The notes under the pieces: generated by a model | Seen by the model: the letters and a program-made list of their open reading frames with translations, nothing else | Told to the model about the DNA's origin: nothing | Database searches by the model: none | Shown: positions 9,210 to 20,453 of the stretch, piece by piece | Numbering within the stretch: position 1 is the stretch's first letter | Layout of the letters: every line of letters begins with the position of its first letter | DNA from: an uncultured Prochlorococcus sp. | GTDB lineage: Bacteria; Cyanobacteriota; Cyanobacteriia; PCC-6307; Cyanobiaceae | Assembly (NCBI GenBank): GCA_902622705.1 | Contig: CACNQT010000003.1 | Span: 36,903-100,902, forward strand | DNA length: 64,000 nucleotides | Reading direction: 5' to 3' | Program-made: the position numbers and the translations under genes

Positions 9210-9353
9210 TTGAAAAAACTTATGGAAAAATTATCAAGAAAACATCTTCTAGTAATATAGTATTTACTTAACCAATCTTGGATAAGTTAATTATAATCGT
9301 CTTGATTATTTATTTAGTTCCTAAATATTCTCTAATTCTGCTTTTAAAAAGAA

Positions 9354-10415
9354 ATGTTTGATTTAATTAAAAAAAATATAAATCTAAGAAGTGGAATTAT
9401 ATTGCTTTCTCTAGCTATATTTTTCGTTTTTATAACCAATTCCTTCAAGAAAAATAAGTCAAAAGATATTTCTGATTTTGTGGTTCAAGTTGAAAAAGGA
9501 ATCCTCTCAGATTCAATTAATACTAGTGGTGAAGTAAAAGCAATAAGGACAAGCAATATTGGGCCTCGGAAGCAAGGCGTAATAAAAGAAATCAAAGTAG
9601 ATGAGGGCGATCTTGTAAAAAAAGATCAGGTTTTAGCTTCTCTTGATGATGAAGATTTTATCTATAAAATTGAAGAACTTGAATTAAATGTAGAAAAACA
9701 AAAATCTGAATTTTTAAGAAGGGAATATTTATATCAAGAAGGCGCAGTAAGTAAAGAAGACTATGAAAGTTATAAAAATAACTACAACATTAGTAGCGCA
9801 AAACTTAATGATGCAAAAGCTGAAAAAAGTTTCTATCTAATTAAAGCTCCTTATGGAGGAAAGATAACTGCAAAATATGCTGAGATAGGATCTTATGTCA
9901 CACCAAGTACAAACTTAAGTTCAGACCCTAAGACCAAAAACTTTATTTTTGAACTATCAGAGGGCCTAGAAATTGTTGCTAAAGTTCCTGAGAGTGACAT
10001 TGGCAGAATAAATATAGGTCAAGAAGCCTCAGTAAGAATTGAGGCTTATCCCTCAAAAAAATATAGTGCCATAGTTAAAAAAATAGCTACAAGAGCTGTA
10101 AAAGATAATAATGTAACCTCATTCGAAGTAACTTTAAATTTTAAAGATAATTCTGAAGAAATTAAAATTGGAATGACTGCAGATCTTGAATTTAGAGTCG
10201 AAGGTAATGAAGAAAAAATCTTAGTACCAACAGTTTCTATTGTCACTGAAAAAGGTGAAAAAGGAATTTTGAAAGTTGATAAAAACAATTCTCCCAAATT
10301 TGAAAAAATCGAAATTGGTATTAGTAGTGGAAATAAAACTTCAGTAATTGATGGATTAGAACCTGGAGAGCAAATCTTTATTGATATTCCACCTTGGGCT
10401 AAGAAGAGAAAATGA
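9354..10415 (+). CDS. RND/ABC efflux periplasmic adaptor (membrane fusion protein)
   Basis: N-terminal TM, lipoyl-like GVIKEIKVDEGDLVKK, IKAPYGG, VPESDI, GMTA. Confidence 0.9.
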   Translation: MFDLIKKNINLRSGIILLSLAIFFVFITNSFKKNKSKDISDFVVQVEKGILSDSINTSGEVKAIRTSNIGPRKQGVIKEIKVDEGDLVKKDQVLASLDDEDFIYKIEELELNVEKQKSEFLRREYLYQEGAVSKEDYESYKNNYNISSAKLNDAKAEKSFYLIKAPYGGKITAKYAEIGSYVTPSTNLSSDPKTKNFIFELSEGLEIVAKVPESDIGRINIGQEASVRIEAYPSKKYSAIVKKIATRAVKDNNVTSFEVTLNFKDNSEEIKIGMTADLEFRVEGNEEKILVPTVSIVTEKGEKGILKVDKNNSPKFEKIEIGISSGNKTSVIDGLEPGEQIFIDIPPWAKKRK

Positions 10416-13342
10416 GTTTAAAATCTAAAAACTCTAAAAAACCAATTTTACTTTTAGTCGATGGCCACTCACTTGCTTTTAGAAGCTTCTATGCATTTAG
10501 CAAAGGGATTGATGGAGGTTTAACTACCAAAGAGGGATTTCCAACAAGTGTCACTTATGGATTTCTAAAAAGCCTTCTGGATAATTGTAAAAATATTAGT
10601 CCTGAGGGTGTTTGTATTACGTTTGATACAGAAAAACCTACTTTCAGACATGAATTAGATCCAAATTATAAGGCCAATAGAGATGTAGCACCAGATGTTT
10701 TTTTTCAGGATATTGAACAACTAGAAATCATTTTAGAAGAAAGCCTTAATTTACCAATTTTCAAATCTCCAGGATACGAAGCAGATGATCTCCTAGGCAC
10801 AATTGCAAATGATGCTTCTTCTAAAGGATGGTGCGTGAATATTCTTTCTGGAGATAGGGACTTATTTCAATTAGTAGATGATCAAAAAGATATTTATGTA
10901 CTTTATATGGGTGGTGGTCCATATGCGAAAAGTGGAAATCCAACTCTTATGAATGAAAATGGAGTAAAAGAAAAATTAGGTGTTGCGCCAGAAAGAGTAG
11001 TTGATCTCAAAGCCCTAACTGGTGATAGTTCTGATAATATTCCAGGTATTAAAGGAGTAGGGCCAAAAACTGCAATTAATCTACTAAAAGAGAACGATAC
11101 GCTTGATGGAATCTATCAGGCTTTGGACAAGATTCAGCAGAACAACGATAAGAAATATAAAGGATTCATCAAAGGTTCAGTTATAGAAAAGCTCAGAAAC
11201 GATAAACATAATGCTTTTCTTTCCAGGGATTTAGCAAAAATAAATACTGAGGTGCCTTTAATTTTAAGTAACGGTTATGAATTAAAAAATATAAATCAAG
11301 AACTACTTTCAGAGTCACTGAAAAAATTAGAACTATCAACACTACTTAGACAAATTGATATTTTCAATTCAACTTTCAGCAAAGGTGGTTTTGACAAAAA
11401 TAATGTAGCTAAAGAGGAGGAGAAGGCACCAAAAGTCTCAGGCAATAATGAATTAGAAAATAGTGAAAATAAAATCCCTAAAATCAACGTAACTGTTGTA
11501 AATGATTTCGAATTACTTGATAAATTAATTCAAAGATTAGACAAGACTAATCAAATAGTTTCTTTAGATACAGAGACCAATAGTTTGAATCCAATCGATG
11601 CGGAACTTGTTGGGATAGGGTTATGTCTTGGAGAAGAAAATGATGATTTATTTTATATACCCCTTGGTCATCAAACAAAAAAGGAGATCCCCAATCAATT
11701 ATCAATTGAAGATGTTTTCTCAAAGCTAAGAAATTGGATAGAAGATCCAAAAAAAGAAAAGGCACTCCAAAATTCTAAATTTGATAGGCAAATATTTTTT
11801 AATCATGGACTTGATCTTAAAGGCGTAACCTTTGACACCTTGTTAGCAGACTACCTTCTTAATAATCAGGAGAAACATGGGTTAAGTGAAATTAGTTTTA
11901 GATTATTTGGATTTAAGCCTCCTTCATTTAAGGAGACAGTTGGTAAAAATAAAGACTTTTCATTTGTTGATATTGATGAAGCAAGTATTTACTGCGGTTA
12001 TGATGTTTTTCTAACTTTTAAGATTGTCAAAATTTTTAAAGAAAGTTTTTCAAAGGAAAAAGATGAATTAATCAAATTGTTCGAAGAAATCGAGCTGCCC
12101 TTAGAGCCGGTATTGTCTCAAATGGAAATGAATGGGATAACCATAGACATACCTTATTTAAACAAACTCTCAAAAGAATTAAAAAGTACCTTAGAAGATA
12201 TTGAAAGTAAAGTTTATGAATTAGCAAAGGAAAGTTTCAATCTATCTTCACCAAAACAACTTGGTGAGATCTTGTTTGAAAAATTAAATTTGGATAAGAA
12301 AAAATCAAGGAAAACAAAAACAGGATGGAGTACAGATGCAGTAGTTCTTGAAAGATTAGTCGACGAACATGAAATAATCCAACATTTAATAAAACACAGA
12401 ACTCTTAGCAAATTACTTAGCACCTATATTGATGCACTTCCAAATCTTATTAACGAAAAGACAGGAAGAGTTCATACAAACTTTAATCAAGCTGCTACAG
12501 CGACTGGGAGACTAAGTAGTAGCAATCCTAATCTTCAAAATATCCCTGTTAGGACTGAATTTAGTAGGAGAATCAGAAAAGCATTCTTGCCTGAAAAAAA
12601 TTGGAAACTTTTATCAGCTGATTATTCTCAGATCGAATTAAGAATACTTGCTCACTTAGCGGATGAAGAAATACTAATAAATGCATTTCATAAAAATGAT
12701 GATATTCATTCTTTGACTGCAAGATTAATTTTCGAGAAAGAAGAAATATCCTCTGACGAAAGGAGAGTTGGGAAAACAATAAATTTTGGAGTTATCTATG
12801 GTATGGGGATAAAAAAGTTTGCCCGTTCAACAGGAGTAAGTACTCCAGAGGCAAAAGAATTCCTAATAAAATACAAAGAAAGATATTCAAAAATTTTCAA
12901 GTTTCTTGAACTCCAAGAAAGACTTGCCTTATCAAAAGGTTATGTAAAAACAATTTTCGGTCGAAAAAGAGAATTTAAGTTTGATAAAAATGGACTTGGA
13001 AGATTAATAGGGAAAGATCCTTACGAAATTGACCTGCAATCTGCAAGAAGAGCTGGAATGGAAGCACAGTCATTAAGAGCCGCAGCTAATGCACCAATTC
13101 AGGGTTCAAGTGCAGACATTATTAAAATTGCAATGGTTCAACTAAATAAGAAATTTATAGAAATGAATGTTCCCGCCAAAATGCTTTTACAAGTACATGA
13201 TGAATTATTGTTTGAAGTTGAACCAGATTCTTTGGAAATTACGACGAAATTAGTAAAGAAGACTATGGAAGATTGTGTAAAATTAAATGTGCCTCTTTTA
13301 GTTGATATTGGAATTGGAGACAATTGGATGGAGACAAAATAA
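10412..13342 (+). CDS. polA: DNA polymerase I
   Basis: 5'-3' exonuclease (LVDGHSLAFR, YEADD), 3'-5' exonuclease domain, polymerase motifs ADYSQIELR and LQVHDEL. Confidence 0.98.
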   Translation: MSLKSKNSKKPILLLVDGHSLAFRSFYAFSKGIDGGLTTKEGFPTSVTYGFLKSLLDNCKNISPEGVCITFDTEKPTFRHELDPNYKANRDVAPDVFFQDIEQLEIILEESLNLPIFKSPGYEADDLLGTIANDASSKGWCVNILSGDRDLFQLVDDQKDIYVLYMGGGPYAKSGNPTLMNENGVKEKLGVAPERVVDLKALTGDSSDNIPGIKGVGPKTAINLLKENDTLDGIYQALDKIQQNNDKKYKGFIKGSVIEKLRNDKHNAFLSRDLAKINTEVPLILSNGYELKNINQELLSESLKKLELSTLLRQIDIFNSTFSKGGFDKNNVAKEEEKAPKVSGNNELENSENKIPKINVTVVNDFELLDKLIQRLDKTNQIVSLDTETNSLNPIDAELVGIGLCLGEENDDLFYIPLGHQTKKEIPNQLSIEDVFSKLRNWIEDPKKEKALQNSKFDRQIFFNHGLDLKGVTFDTLLADYLLNNQEKHGLSEISFRLFGFKPPSFKETVGKNKDFSFVDIDEASIYCGYDVFLTFKIVKIFKESFSKEKDELIKLFEEIELPLEPVLSQMEMNGITIDIPYLNKLSKELKSTLEDIESKVYELAKESFNLSSPKQLGEILFEKLNLDKKKSRKTKTGWSTDAVVLERLVDEHEIIQHLIKHRTLSKLLSTYIDALPNLINEKTGRVHTNFNQAATATGRLSSSNPNLQNIPVRTEFSRRIRKAFLPEKNWKLLSADYSQIELRILAHLADEEILINAFHKNDDIHSLTARLIFEKEEISSDERRVGKTINFGVIYGMGIKKFARSTGVSTPEAKEFLIKYKERYSKIFKFLELQERLALSKGYVKTIFGRKREFKFDKNGLGRLIGKDPYEIDLQSARRAGMEAQSLRAAANAPIQGSSADIIKIAMVQLNKKFIEMNVPAKMLLQVHDELLFEVEPDSLEITTKLVKKTMEDCVKLNVPLLVDIGIGDNWMETK

Positions 13343-13366
13343 ACCTCATGAAATACTTATTTTAAG

Positions 13367-14836
13367 ATGATCAAATTTTTTAATACTTTAAGTAAAAAAG
13401 TTGAGGTTTTTAAGCCTATTGATGATGTAGTAAAAATTTATTGTTGTGGGGTAACTGTTTATGATTTATGTCATCTTGGTCATGCCAGAAGTTATATCGC
13501 TTGGGATGTATTGAGAAGATTTTTAATTTACAGTGATTTTAAAGTGAAGTATGTTCAAAATTTTACAGATATTGATGACAAGATCTTAAAAAGAGCGAAA
13601 GAAGAAAGCAGTTCAATGAAGGAAGTATCTGAAAAGAATATCATTGAATTTCATAAAGATATGGATTCTTTAGGAATAATGCGTCCGGATAGCATGCCAA
13701 GAGCAACGAATCATATATGCAATATCTGCTCCTTCATAACAATCCTTGAAGACAAAGGTTATGCATACTCTAGGGATGGAGACGTTTATTATTCTGTTTT
13801 CAAAAATAAAAATTATGGAAAGCTAAGTAATCAAAATTTACAAGAACAAAATATCAATCAGCAAGGAAGAATGGTTAATGAGGAAAATAGTAAAAAACTT
13901 AATCCGCAAGATTTTGCGCTATGGAAAAAAGCCAAAGATGATGAACCATTTTTTGATTCGCCATGGGGGAAAGGTAGGCCAGGATGGCATATTGAATGTT
14001 CAGCGATGGTTAAAGATGAATTAGGAGATACTATCGATATCCATTTAGGTGGTTCTGATTTGATTTTTCCACATCATGAGAATGAAATCGCCCAATCAGA
14101 AGCAGCTAATGGCAAAAAGCTAGCGAACTATTGGTTACACAATGGGATGGTCAATGTAAATGGACAAAAGATGAGTAAATCCCTTAAAAATTTTAAAACT
14201 ATCAGAGAGCTAATTAAGTCAGGTATAAGCCCAATGACTTTGCGATATTTTGTTATGACTGTGAATTATAGAAAACCACTTGATTTTACTGAAGAAGCTT
14301 TAAGGAGTGCTTCAGAAGCTTGGAAAAATATTAATGTAGCCCTTTCTTTTATGGATCTTACAAAAGGTGTTTTTAGATCTATTGATAAAGATGAATCTAT
14401 CGAAGAAGAATATAAAGAGAAAATAAGTTTTGAGTTATCTCAAAAAAAGCTTAAATTTTCTGAGGTTCTGGGAAATGACCTTAATACAGCAGGTGCTATT
14501 GCAATTGTTTACGATTTAGCGAAACCATTAAAAAACTTTTTAAACCAATTTCAAAGAGTTGAAGGTTTTGAAATAGACCTCAATGAAAAATTTTTTCTAC
14601 TTGAGAATTTTAAAACTCTTGAAAATTTGACTGAGGTACTTGGTCTTAAAAAAGAAGATTCAGTAAAAGAAAGCAAAATAAAAGAAGAAGAAATATTATC
14701 GCTTATTGATGAAAGATTAGTAGCAAAAAAGGATAAGAATTATGCGAAGGCCGATGAAATCAGGAATTTGTTAAAAGAAAAAGGTATTGAACTTGTTGAC
14801 CAATCAAAAGAAATCACAACATGGATAAGGATCTAA
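13367..14836 (+). CDS. cysS: Cysteinyl-tRNA synthetase
   Basis: CGVTVYDLCHLGHAR, GRPGWHIEC, KMSKS. Confidence 0.98.
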   Translation: MIKFFNTLSKKVEVFKPIDDVVKIYCCGVTVYDLCHLGHARSYIAWDVLRRFLIYSDFKVKYVQNFTDIDDKILKRAKEESSSMKEVSEKNIIEFHKDMDSLGIMRPDSMPRATNHICNICSFITILEDKGYAYSRDGDVYYSVFKNKNYGKLSNQNLQEQNINQQGRMVNEENSKKLNPQDFALWKKAKDDEPFFDSPWGKGRPGWHIECSAMVKDELGDTIDIHLGGSDLIFPHHENEIAQSEAANGKKLANYWLHNGMVNVNGQKMSKSLKNFKTIRELIKSGISPMTLRYFVMTVNYRKPLDFTEEALRSASEAWKNINVALSFMDLTKGVFRSIDKDESIEEEYKEKISFELSQKKLKFSEVLGNDLNTAGAIAIVYDLAKPLKNFLNQFQRVEGFEIDLNEKFFLLENFKTLENLTEVLGLKKEDSVKESKIKEEEILSLIDERLVAKKDKNYAKADEIRNLLKEKGIELVDQSKEITTWIRI

Positions 14837-14918
14837 ATTTTAAGAAAAAAACCAATTTGAAATTTTTGTTTTTTAAATACACCTTTAAATGGGAAGATAT
14901 TAGAAATATTAGAGAAAA

Positions 14919-16148
14919 TTGAAATACATTACTGTGCTCGGTTCTACTGGTTCAATAGGGACTCAAACTCTCGAAATAGCTAGTGAGCAGCCTGATAAGT
15001 TTAAAGCCGTAGCTCTTTCTGCAGGAAGAAATATTAATTTATTAACTGAACAAGTTAAAACACATAAACCAGAGGTAGTTGCAATTGAGGATGAAAATCT
15101 CATAGAAGATTTAAAAGATAATATTAATAACTTAGATTTGGATAGTGCTCCCTTAGTTTTGGGTGGAAAGGAGGGTATTAACGCAGTTGCAGCTTGGGAT
15201 AAGGCAGATACTGTGGTAACCGGGATAGTAGGCTGTGCAGGCTTAATCCCAACGATGTCCGCAATTAATTCTGGGAAAAATATAGCACTTGCTAACAAAG
15301 AAACCTTAATTGCAGCAGGGCCAATTGTTATTCCTGCATTAAAGAAAAATAATAGTAGGCTTTTACCTGCTGATTCAGAACACTCTGCCATCTTTCAATG
15401 TTTACAAGGATTGTCTAATTTTGAAAATGCAGATTTTTCAACAGGAGAGATGCCTAAGGGTTTAAAAGCCATACATTTAACAGCTTCTGGTGGTGCTTTC
15501 AGAGATTGGGCCATTGAAGATTTAAAGCATGTCACAGTTGAAGATGCGACTTCACATCCTAATTGGGATATGGGAAAAAAAATAACTGTAGATTCTGCAA
15601 CTCTAATGAATAAAGGATTAGAAGTTATAGAAGCTCATTATTTATTTGGGACCTCTTACGAAAATATCGAAATAGTTATCCACCCTCAAAGTATTATTCA
15701 TTCAATGATTGAGATGGAAGATTCTTCAGTATTAGCTCAATTAGGTTGGCCAGATATGAAGCTACCTATTTTATATGCGATGAGTTGGCCTGAAAGATTT
15801 AAAACAAATTGGAAAAGATTAAATCTAAGTGAAATAGGGAAATTAACTTTTAAAGAACCAGACGAGTTTAAATATCCATGCATGGGACTTGCCTATGCGG
15901 CAGGAAAATCTTCTGGAACTATGCCTGCAGTCTTAAATGCTGCTAATGAAATGGCTGTTGAACAATTCCTTAAAGAAAAAATTTCTTTTCAAGAAATTCC
16001 ATTATTTATAAGTAAAGCTTGTGAATCACATATGGAGAATTTGAATTTGAGTCCCAAATTGGAGGATATTCTTGAAGTAGACAATTGGGCCAGACTTTTT
16101 GTTAAGCAAGAAATTAAAAAAGGGAAAAAATACGTAAGTATTGGATAA
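14919..16148 (+). CDS. dxr: 1-deoxy-D-xylulose-5-phosphate reductoisomerase
   Basis: [42 protein letters not shown]. Confidence 0.98.
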   Translation: MKYITVLGSTGSIGTQTLEIASEQPDKFKAVALSAGRNINLLTEQVKTHKPEVVAIEDENLIEDLKDNINNLDLDSAPLVLGGKEGINAVAAWDKADTVVTGIVGCAGLIPTMSAINSGKNIALANKETLIAAGPIVIPALKKNNSRLLPADSEHSAIFQCLQGLSNFENADFSTGEMPKGLKAIHLTASGGAFRDWAIEDLKHVTVEDATSHPNWDMGKKITVDSATLMNKGLEVIEAHYLFGTSYENIEIVIHPQSIIHSMIEMEDSSVLAQLGWPDMKLPILYAMSWPERFKTNWKRLNLSEIGKLTFKEPDEFKYPCMGLAYAAGKSSGTMPAVLNAANEMAVEQFLKEKISFQEIPLFISKACESHMENLNLSPKLEDILEVDNWARLFVKQEIKKGKKYVSIG

Positions 16149-16376
16149 AAGTGAATATTAAAAAGCATCTAAGACTCTAAACCCATTTACACCCTTTCAA
16201 GAAATCGCTAAGAACCCAGTTATTTCAATGAGTTTAAAGCATTAGATAAAGAGAGAGAGTAGCTAGTAGTGGGAGTAGTAAGCGTTTCATTTTTCTAGCT
16301 ATGGTATGAATAAATTTTAAAATTTAAATTATTCTTAAACTTTAATTGGTATTTTTAAATTATATATTCTTGGTAT

Positions 16377-17162
16377 TTGAAGATATTAAATCTAATTTTC
16401 AGAAGAAATTTAATAATTAAAAAAATTAAAGATATTCAATTTTTTATTATTATATTTCTATTATTCAAAATTCTTATAAATTTATTTAGTTTAGAATTTA
16501 TTGAGATGAACGATTTATTTTCTATACTAGTTGGATCAAATATTTTTCTTTTAAGTTTTTTATTAACAGGTGTACTAACAGATTTTAAGGAGGCAGAAAA
16601 GATCCCACCAAATCTTGCAACTAAAATTCATTCCCTTTACTTAGAAATTAATGCGATTAAATCATATAACCCTGAAGCAAACTTAGAGAGAACTCAAATT
16701 TCAATATTATCTTTATCTAAGTATTTATTAAATTGGTTAAAAGGATTTTCTTCAACTGATAAATTGATAGAAACTTATAATTCAGCTCACAATGACGTTG
16801 TTCAAGCCTCTAAAAATTATAAGGGGGATGTATCTAGTCTAAGAGGACGTTTGATGGGATTAATGAATGGAATACTTCAAGATGTTAATAGAGTAAGAGT
16901 TGTTAGAGAGACAGATTTTGCACCTTTTGTGGCATGGATGGCGAATTTTGTATCATATACACTACTTATTGGATTAGTTTTCGTTAAATCAAATGATCTT
17001 TTTAACTCATTATTTTATTTGTTTATAATTTCATTTTTTATATTATTGCTATTAAAAATTATTAGAGATATCGATAATCCATTTGATGTATCAAATCCTA
17101 AATCAATTGAAAATATTTCATTATTTCCTTTAGAAAAAGTGATAGAAATTATTTCTCATTAG
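16377..17162 (+). CDS. Four-TM membrane protein, bestrophin/DUF4239-like
   Basis: Two TM pairs flanking a helical cytoplasmic loop; IIRDIDNPF after the last helix. Confidence 0.55.
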   Translation: MKILNLIFRRNLIIKKIKDIQFFIIIFLLFKILINLFSLEFIEMNDLFSILVGSNIFLLSFLLTGVLTDFKEAEKIPPNLATKIHSLYLEINAIKSYNPEANLERTQISILSLSKYLLNWLKGFSSTDKLIETYNSAHNDVVQASKNYKGDVSSLRGRLMGLMNGILQDVNRVRVVRETDFAPFVAWMANFVSYTLLIGLVFVKSNDLFNSLFYLFIISFFILLLLKIIRDIDNPFDVSNPKSIENISLFPLEKVIEIISH

Positions 17163-17296
17163 CCCCTTAATTTAGATTGAATGTCAATCATTAATATCTA
17201 TATTAGTTTCTTTAACCTTTGTTAAAGAAGTTTCTTACAGTAGCTTGTAACATTGCCTAGAATCATCTAAAAGCAGTAAGGAAAAGGGATTTAAAG

Positions 17297-17644
17297 ATGA
17301 CAACATGGGTAAATAAACACCTTCTACTGTGCGCAACACCAACAAAACAGAAATGCTTTAAAGGCAATGAAGGTCAAAAAACATGGGAATGTCTGAAAAA
17401 GACTTTAAAAAAATTTGAGAATGATCCCTGTACAAAAAACGTTCATATATTAAGATCAAAAGCTGATTGTTTAAGGATATGTAAGAACGGCCCAATTCTT
17501 CTTGTTTGGCCTGATGGTATTTGGTATGAGAAAGTTTCTCCAGAAAAAATTTCAGAAATTTTTACCTCACATATTATTAACGGTAAGCCAATAGAAAAAT
17601 GGATTTTTAAAAAAACACCATTTTTAAATAGTCCTATATACTAA
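17297..17644 (+). CDS. Thioredoxin-like [2Fe-2S] ferredoxin
   Basis: HLLLCATP...KC, ADCLRICKNGPILLVWPDGIWY. Confidence 0.88.
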   Translation: MTTWVNKHLLLCATPTKQKCFKGNEGQKTWECLKKTLKKFENDPCTKNVHILRSKADCLRICKNGPILLVWPDGIWYEKVSPEKISEIFTSHIINGKPIEKWIFKKTPFLNSPIY

Positions 17645-18719
17645 TGAACCAGTTCTTTACGACTTCGTCTGACCAGCAGCCATTAATCGAGTGAAAACCA
17701 TTATGACCTCCTTTTTCAGTTATAAAAATAGTAAATTTATCAATAAATTTTCCTCTTAAATTCAATGTTGCATTATATGGAACCCAAGGATCATTCTTGG
17801 CATGAATAAAAAGCATTTGAGGTAATTTTTTTATTGAGTTTTGGATTCTAAATATTGGAGAAGCTTTAACATAATAATCTTCTAAAGAATTGAATCCCCA
17901 ACTAGGAGCTGTAAATTTCTGATCAAATTCCCTTATACTTTTTAAACTTCTAATTTTTTTTCTTAATTTCTCATTATTAAGAATTTTGCCTTCATCATTA
18001 AATCCGTCCCATAACTGATTTTTTAAGCGATGAAGTAACCATTTTTGGTAGATATAATTTCTAGATTTTTCAATACAGAGACTGCATGATGATAAATCTA
18101 AAGGGCTACTCACACAAGCTAGGCCATCTAAAAGTTTTTCTCCTTTGTTTTCATCGTAATCTAAGCAGGCATTTAAAAGAATTGTTCCGCCTAAAGATAA
18201 TCCAACTCCGTAAATTGGAAGATTATTCATCTTAATTAGATCTTTAAACTCTAAATTAATGAATTTTTTAAAATGATTAATTGCTGAAATAACATCACTG
18301 GAGCATCTAGCACAATAATTTCCTTTAGCTAAATATCTCGCAGATCCAGATCCTCTTAGATTCAATTTAAGAACTCCAAAACCATTATTTGCTAATTTCC
18401 TAGAAATTCTTCTTAAACCAAACCGTTTAGTTGAGCCCCCTAAACCATGAGTAACGATCACAAAACCTCTAAGCGAGTTTAAGTTTTCAGGTAATTCTAA
18501 AAACCCTAGAAGATAATCAAATTCAAATTTTTTAGAAAGAATTTTATTAATCGGAAAAAATATTTTTTTATTTTTTTTTGATTTACCAAAATCAATAACA
18601 AAAGTATCTCTCAAAGTTTGTAAGTCGCCACCTATCCAAGGTAAGACTTCTCTAAATGGTTTATTTTTTAAGTAATCTGAAAAACTAAAAGATATACTAT
18701 TATTTCTCCCCAACTCCAA
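17634..18719 (-). CDS. Alpha/beta hydrolase (YheT-like)
   Basis: HGLGGS, GLSLGG, NDPWVP, GGHNGF. Confidence 0.88.
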   Translation of the reverse strand: MELGRNNSISFSFSDYLKNKPFREVLPWIGGDLQTLRDTFVIDFGKSKKNKKIFFPINKILSKKFEFDYLLGFLELPENLNSLRGFVIVTHGLGGSTKRFGLRRISRKLANNGFGVLKLNLRGSGSARYLAKGNYCARCSSDVISAINHFKKFINLEFKDLIKMNNLPIYGVGLSLGGTILLNACLDYDENKGEKLLDGLACVSSPLDLSSCSLCIEKSRNYIYQKWLLHRLKNQLWDGFNDEGKILNNEKLRKKIRSLKSIREFDQKFTAPSWGFNSLEDYYVKASPIFRIQNSIKKLPQMLFIHAKNDPWVPYNATLNLRGKFIDKFTIFITEKGGHNGFHSINGCWSDEVVKNWFISI

Positions 18720-20139
18720 GATCCTTTAATTCTCCAATCAAATCATTTAGCACCTTTTTTGCATCACCAAAGACCATTGAGGTATTTGGCAGATCAAATA
18801 AATCATTCTTTATTCCGGAGTAACCTGCACTCATACCCCGTTTAATTACAAATACCGTTCTTGCTTCCTGCACATCAAGAACTGGCATGCCATATAAGGG
18901 AGAAGAGCTATCATTTTTAGCTTGAGGATTAACCACATCATTTGCTCCTAAAACTAAAACAACATCCGTTGCTGGAAAATCAGGATTTACAACGTCCATC
19001 TCTTTAAGTTGTTCGTAAGGAACATCTGCTTCTGCTAAAAGTACATTCATATGTCCAGGCATCCTCCCTGCTACAGGATGAATTGCGTAAACAACTTCAA
19101 TACCATTTTGCTCTAGTTTTTTTGTCACTTCCCTCAAAGTATGTTGAGCTTGAGCTACTGCTAGACCATAACCAGGAACAATAATTACCTTGTTGGCTGC
19201 CTCTAAAGTCAATGCACATTCTTCAACACTGCAAGAAGTTATATTTGTATATTCTCCTGAACTAGAAGATGCTGTAGTTTGTGCCGATAAAGATCCTCCA
19301 AAAAGAACTGAGACCAATGATCTATTCATACCCTTGCACATTACTTGAGTAAGTATTAGTCCAGCCGCTCCAACCATTGCGCCTGCTACTATCAAAAGCT
19401 GACTATCTACAACGAAACCTGCTGCTGCTGCTGCAATCCCTGAATAGCTATTTAATAAAGATATAACCACTGGCATATCAGCTCCACCAATTGGCAAAGT
19501 AACTCCAATACCTAATAAAGAAGAAACTATAACTAAAAGCCAAATAGAACTTGTATTGCCGTTTATCAAATCAAAAAAGGCTATCAATGAAGCAACTGCA
19601 AAAACAATATTTACAAAATGTCTAACTTTGCTCTGAGTCCATGCTGGAGTTGACAACCAACCCTGTAACTTTGCCATAGCCACAATTGAACCTGTGAAAG
19701 TTATGGCGCCAACAAATATAGAAACAGATATTGAAACTTCGTTAATCAGTGACTTAAAAAAATCAAAATTTTCTAGGCCACCAGATATAGGAAAAATAGC
19801 TACTCCTAAGGCCACTAAAAGTGATGACATTCCTCCACAACCATTGAACAATGCCACTGTTTCAGGCATTGATGTCATAGGTACTTTTTTTGCAAGAATT
19901 GCTCCGAATAAACTACCTATGATTGATCCAATTATTATCCAAATCCAAGACTGAATAGCAATTCCAGAAGTGCCTAAATAATAAGATAGTAATCCTACTA
20001 CTGATAGAGACATTGCAAATGCAGCTAATCTATTGGCATCCCTTGCTGATTTTACTTTTGACAATCCTTTTATTCCCAAAGCCAGTAAAAGTACTGCTAG
20101 AAGGTCAATAACGAATTTAATGATTACAGGTAGATTCAT
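18700..20139 (-). CDS. pntB: NAD(P)+ transhydrogenase beta subunit
   Basis: GGADMPVVISLLNSYSG, HPVAGRMPGHMNVLLAEA. Confidence 0.97.
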   Translation of the reverse strand: MNLPVIIKFVIDLLAVLLLALGIKGLSKVKSARDANRLAAFAMSLSVVGLLSYYLGTSGIAIQSWIWIIIGSIIGSLFGAILAKKVPMTSMPETVALFNGCGGMSSLLVALGVAIFPISGGLENFDFFKSLINEVSISVSIFVGAITFTGSIVAMAKLQGWLSTPAWTQSKVRHFVNIVFAVASLIAFFDLINGNTSSIWLLVIVSSLLGIGVTLPIGGADMPVVISLLNSYSGIAAAAAGFVVDSQLLIVAGAMVGAAGLILTQVMCKGMNRSLVSVLFGGSLSAQTTASSSSGEYTNITSCSVEECALTLEAANKVIIVPGYGLAVAQAQHTLREVTKKLEQNGIEVVYAIHPVAGRMPGHMNVLLAEADVPYEQLKEMDVVNPDFPATDVVLVLGANDVVNPQAKNDSSSPLYGMPVLDVQEARTVFVIKRGMSAGYSGIKNDLFDLPNTSMVFGDAKKVLNDLIGELKDLGVGEK

Positions 20140-20147
20140 GTTAAAAA

Positions 20148-20441
20148 TTACTTCTTATTTGATGGTTTACGACTAAACATCGCCAGCATTCGATCAGTTA
20201 CAAAGAAACCGCCTACAACGTTGAAAAGAGCAAATCCAAGAGAAACTGAACCAATGACTAAAAGTGGTATGTTATTTTCTGCTTTTACAATTAAAGTCAA
20301 GGCTGCAAGCATTGTTATTCCTGAAATTGCATTTGCTCCACTCATAAGAGGTGTGTGAAGAGTAGGAGGAACTTTTCCAATTAACTCGAGGCCTAATAAA
20401 CTACCAAGTAAAAGAACCCAAAGAAGACTTATAAAAGACAT
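20148..20441 (-). CDS. pntA: NAD(P)+ transhydrogenase alpha subunit part 2
   Basis: VPPTLHTPLMSGANAISG. Confidence 0.95.
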   Translation of the reverse strand: MSFISLLWVLLLGSLLGLELIGKVPPTLHTPLMSGANAISGITMLAALTLIVKAENNIPLLVIGSVSLGFALFNVVGGFFVTDRMLAMFSRKPSNKK

Positions 20442-20453
20442 AATTTTAAAACC

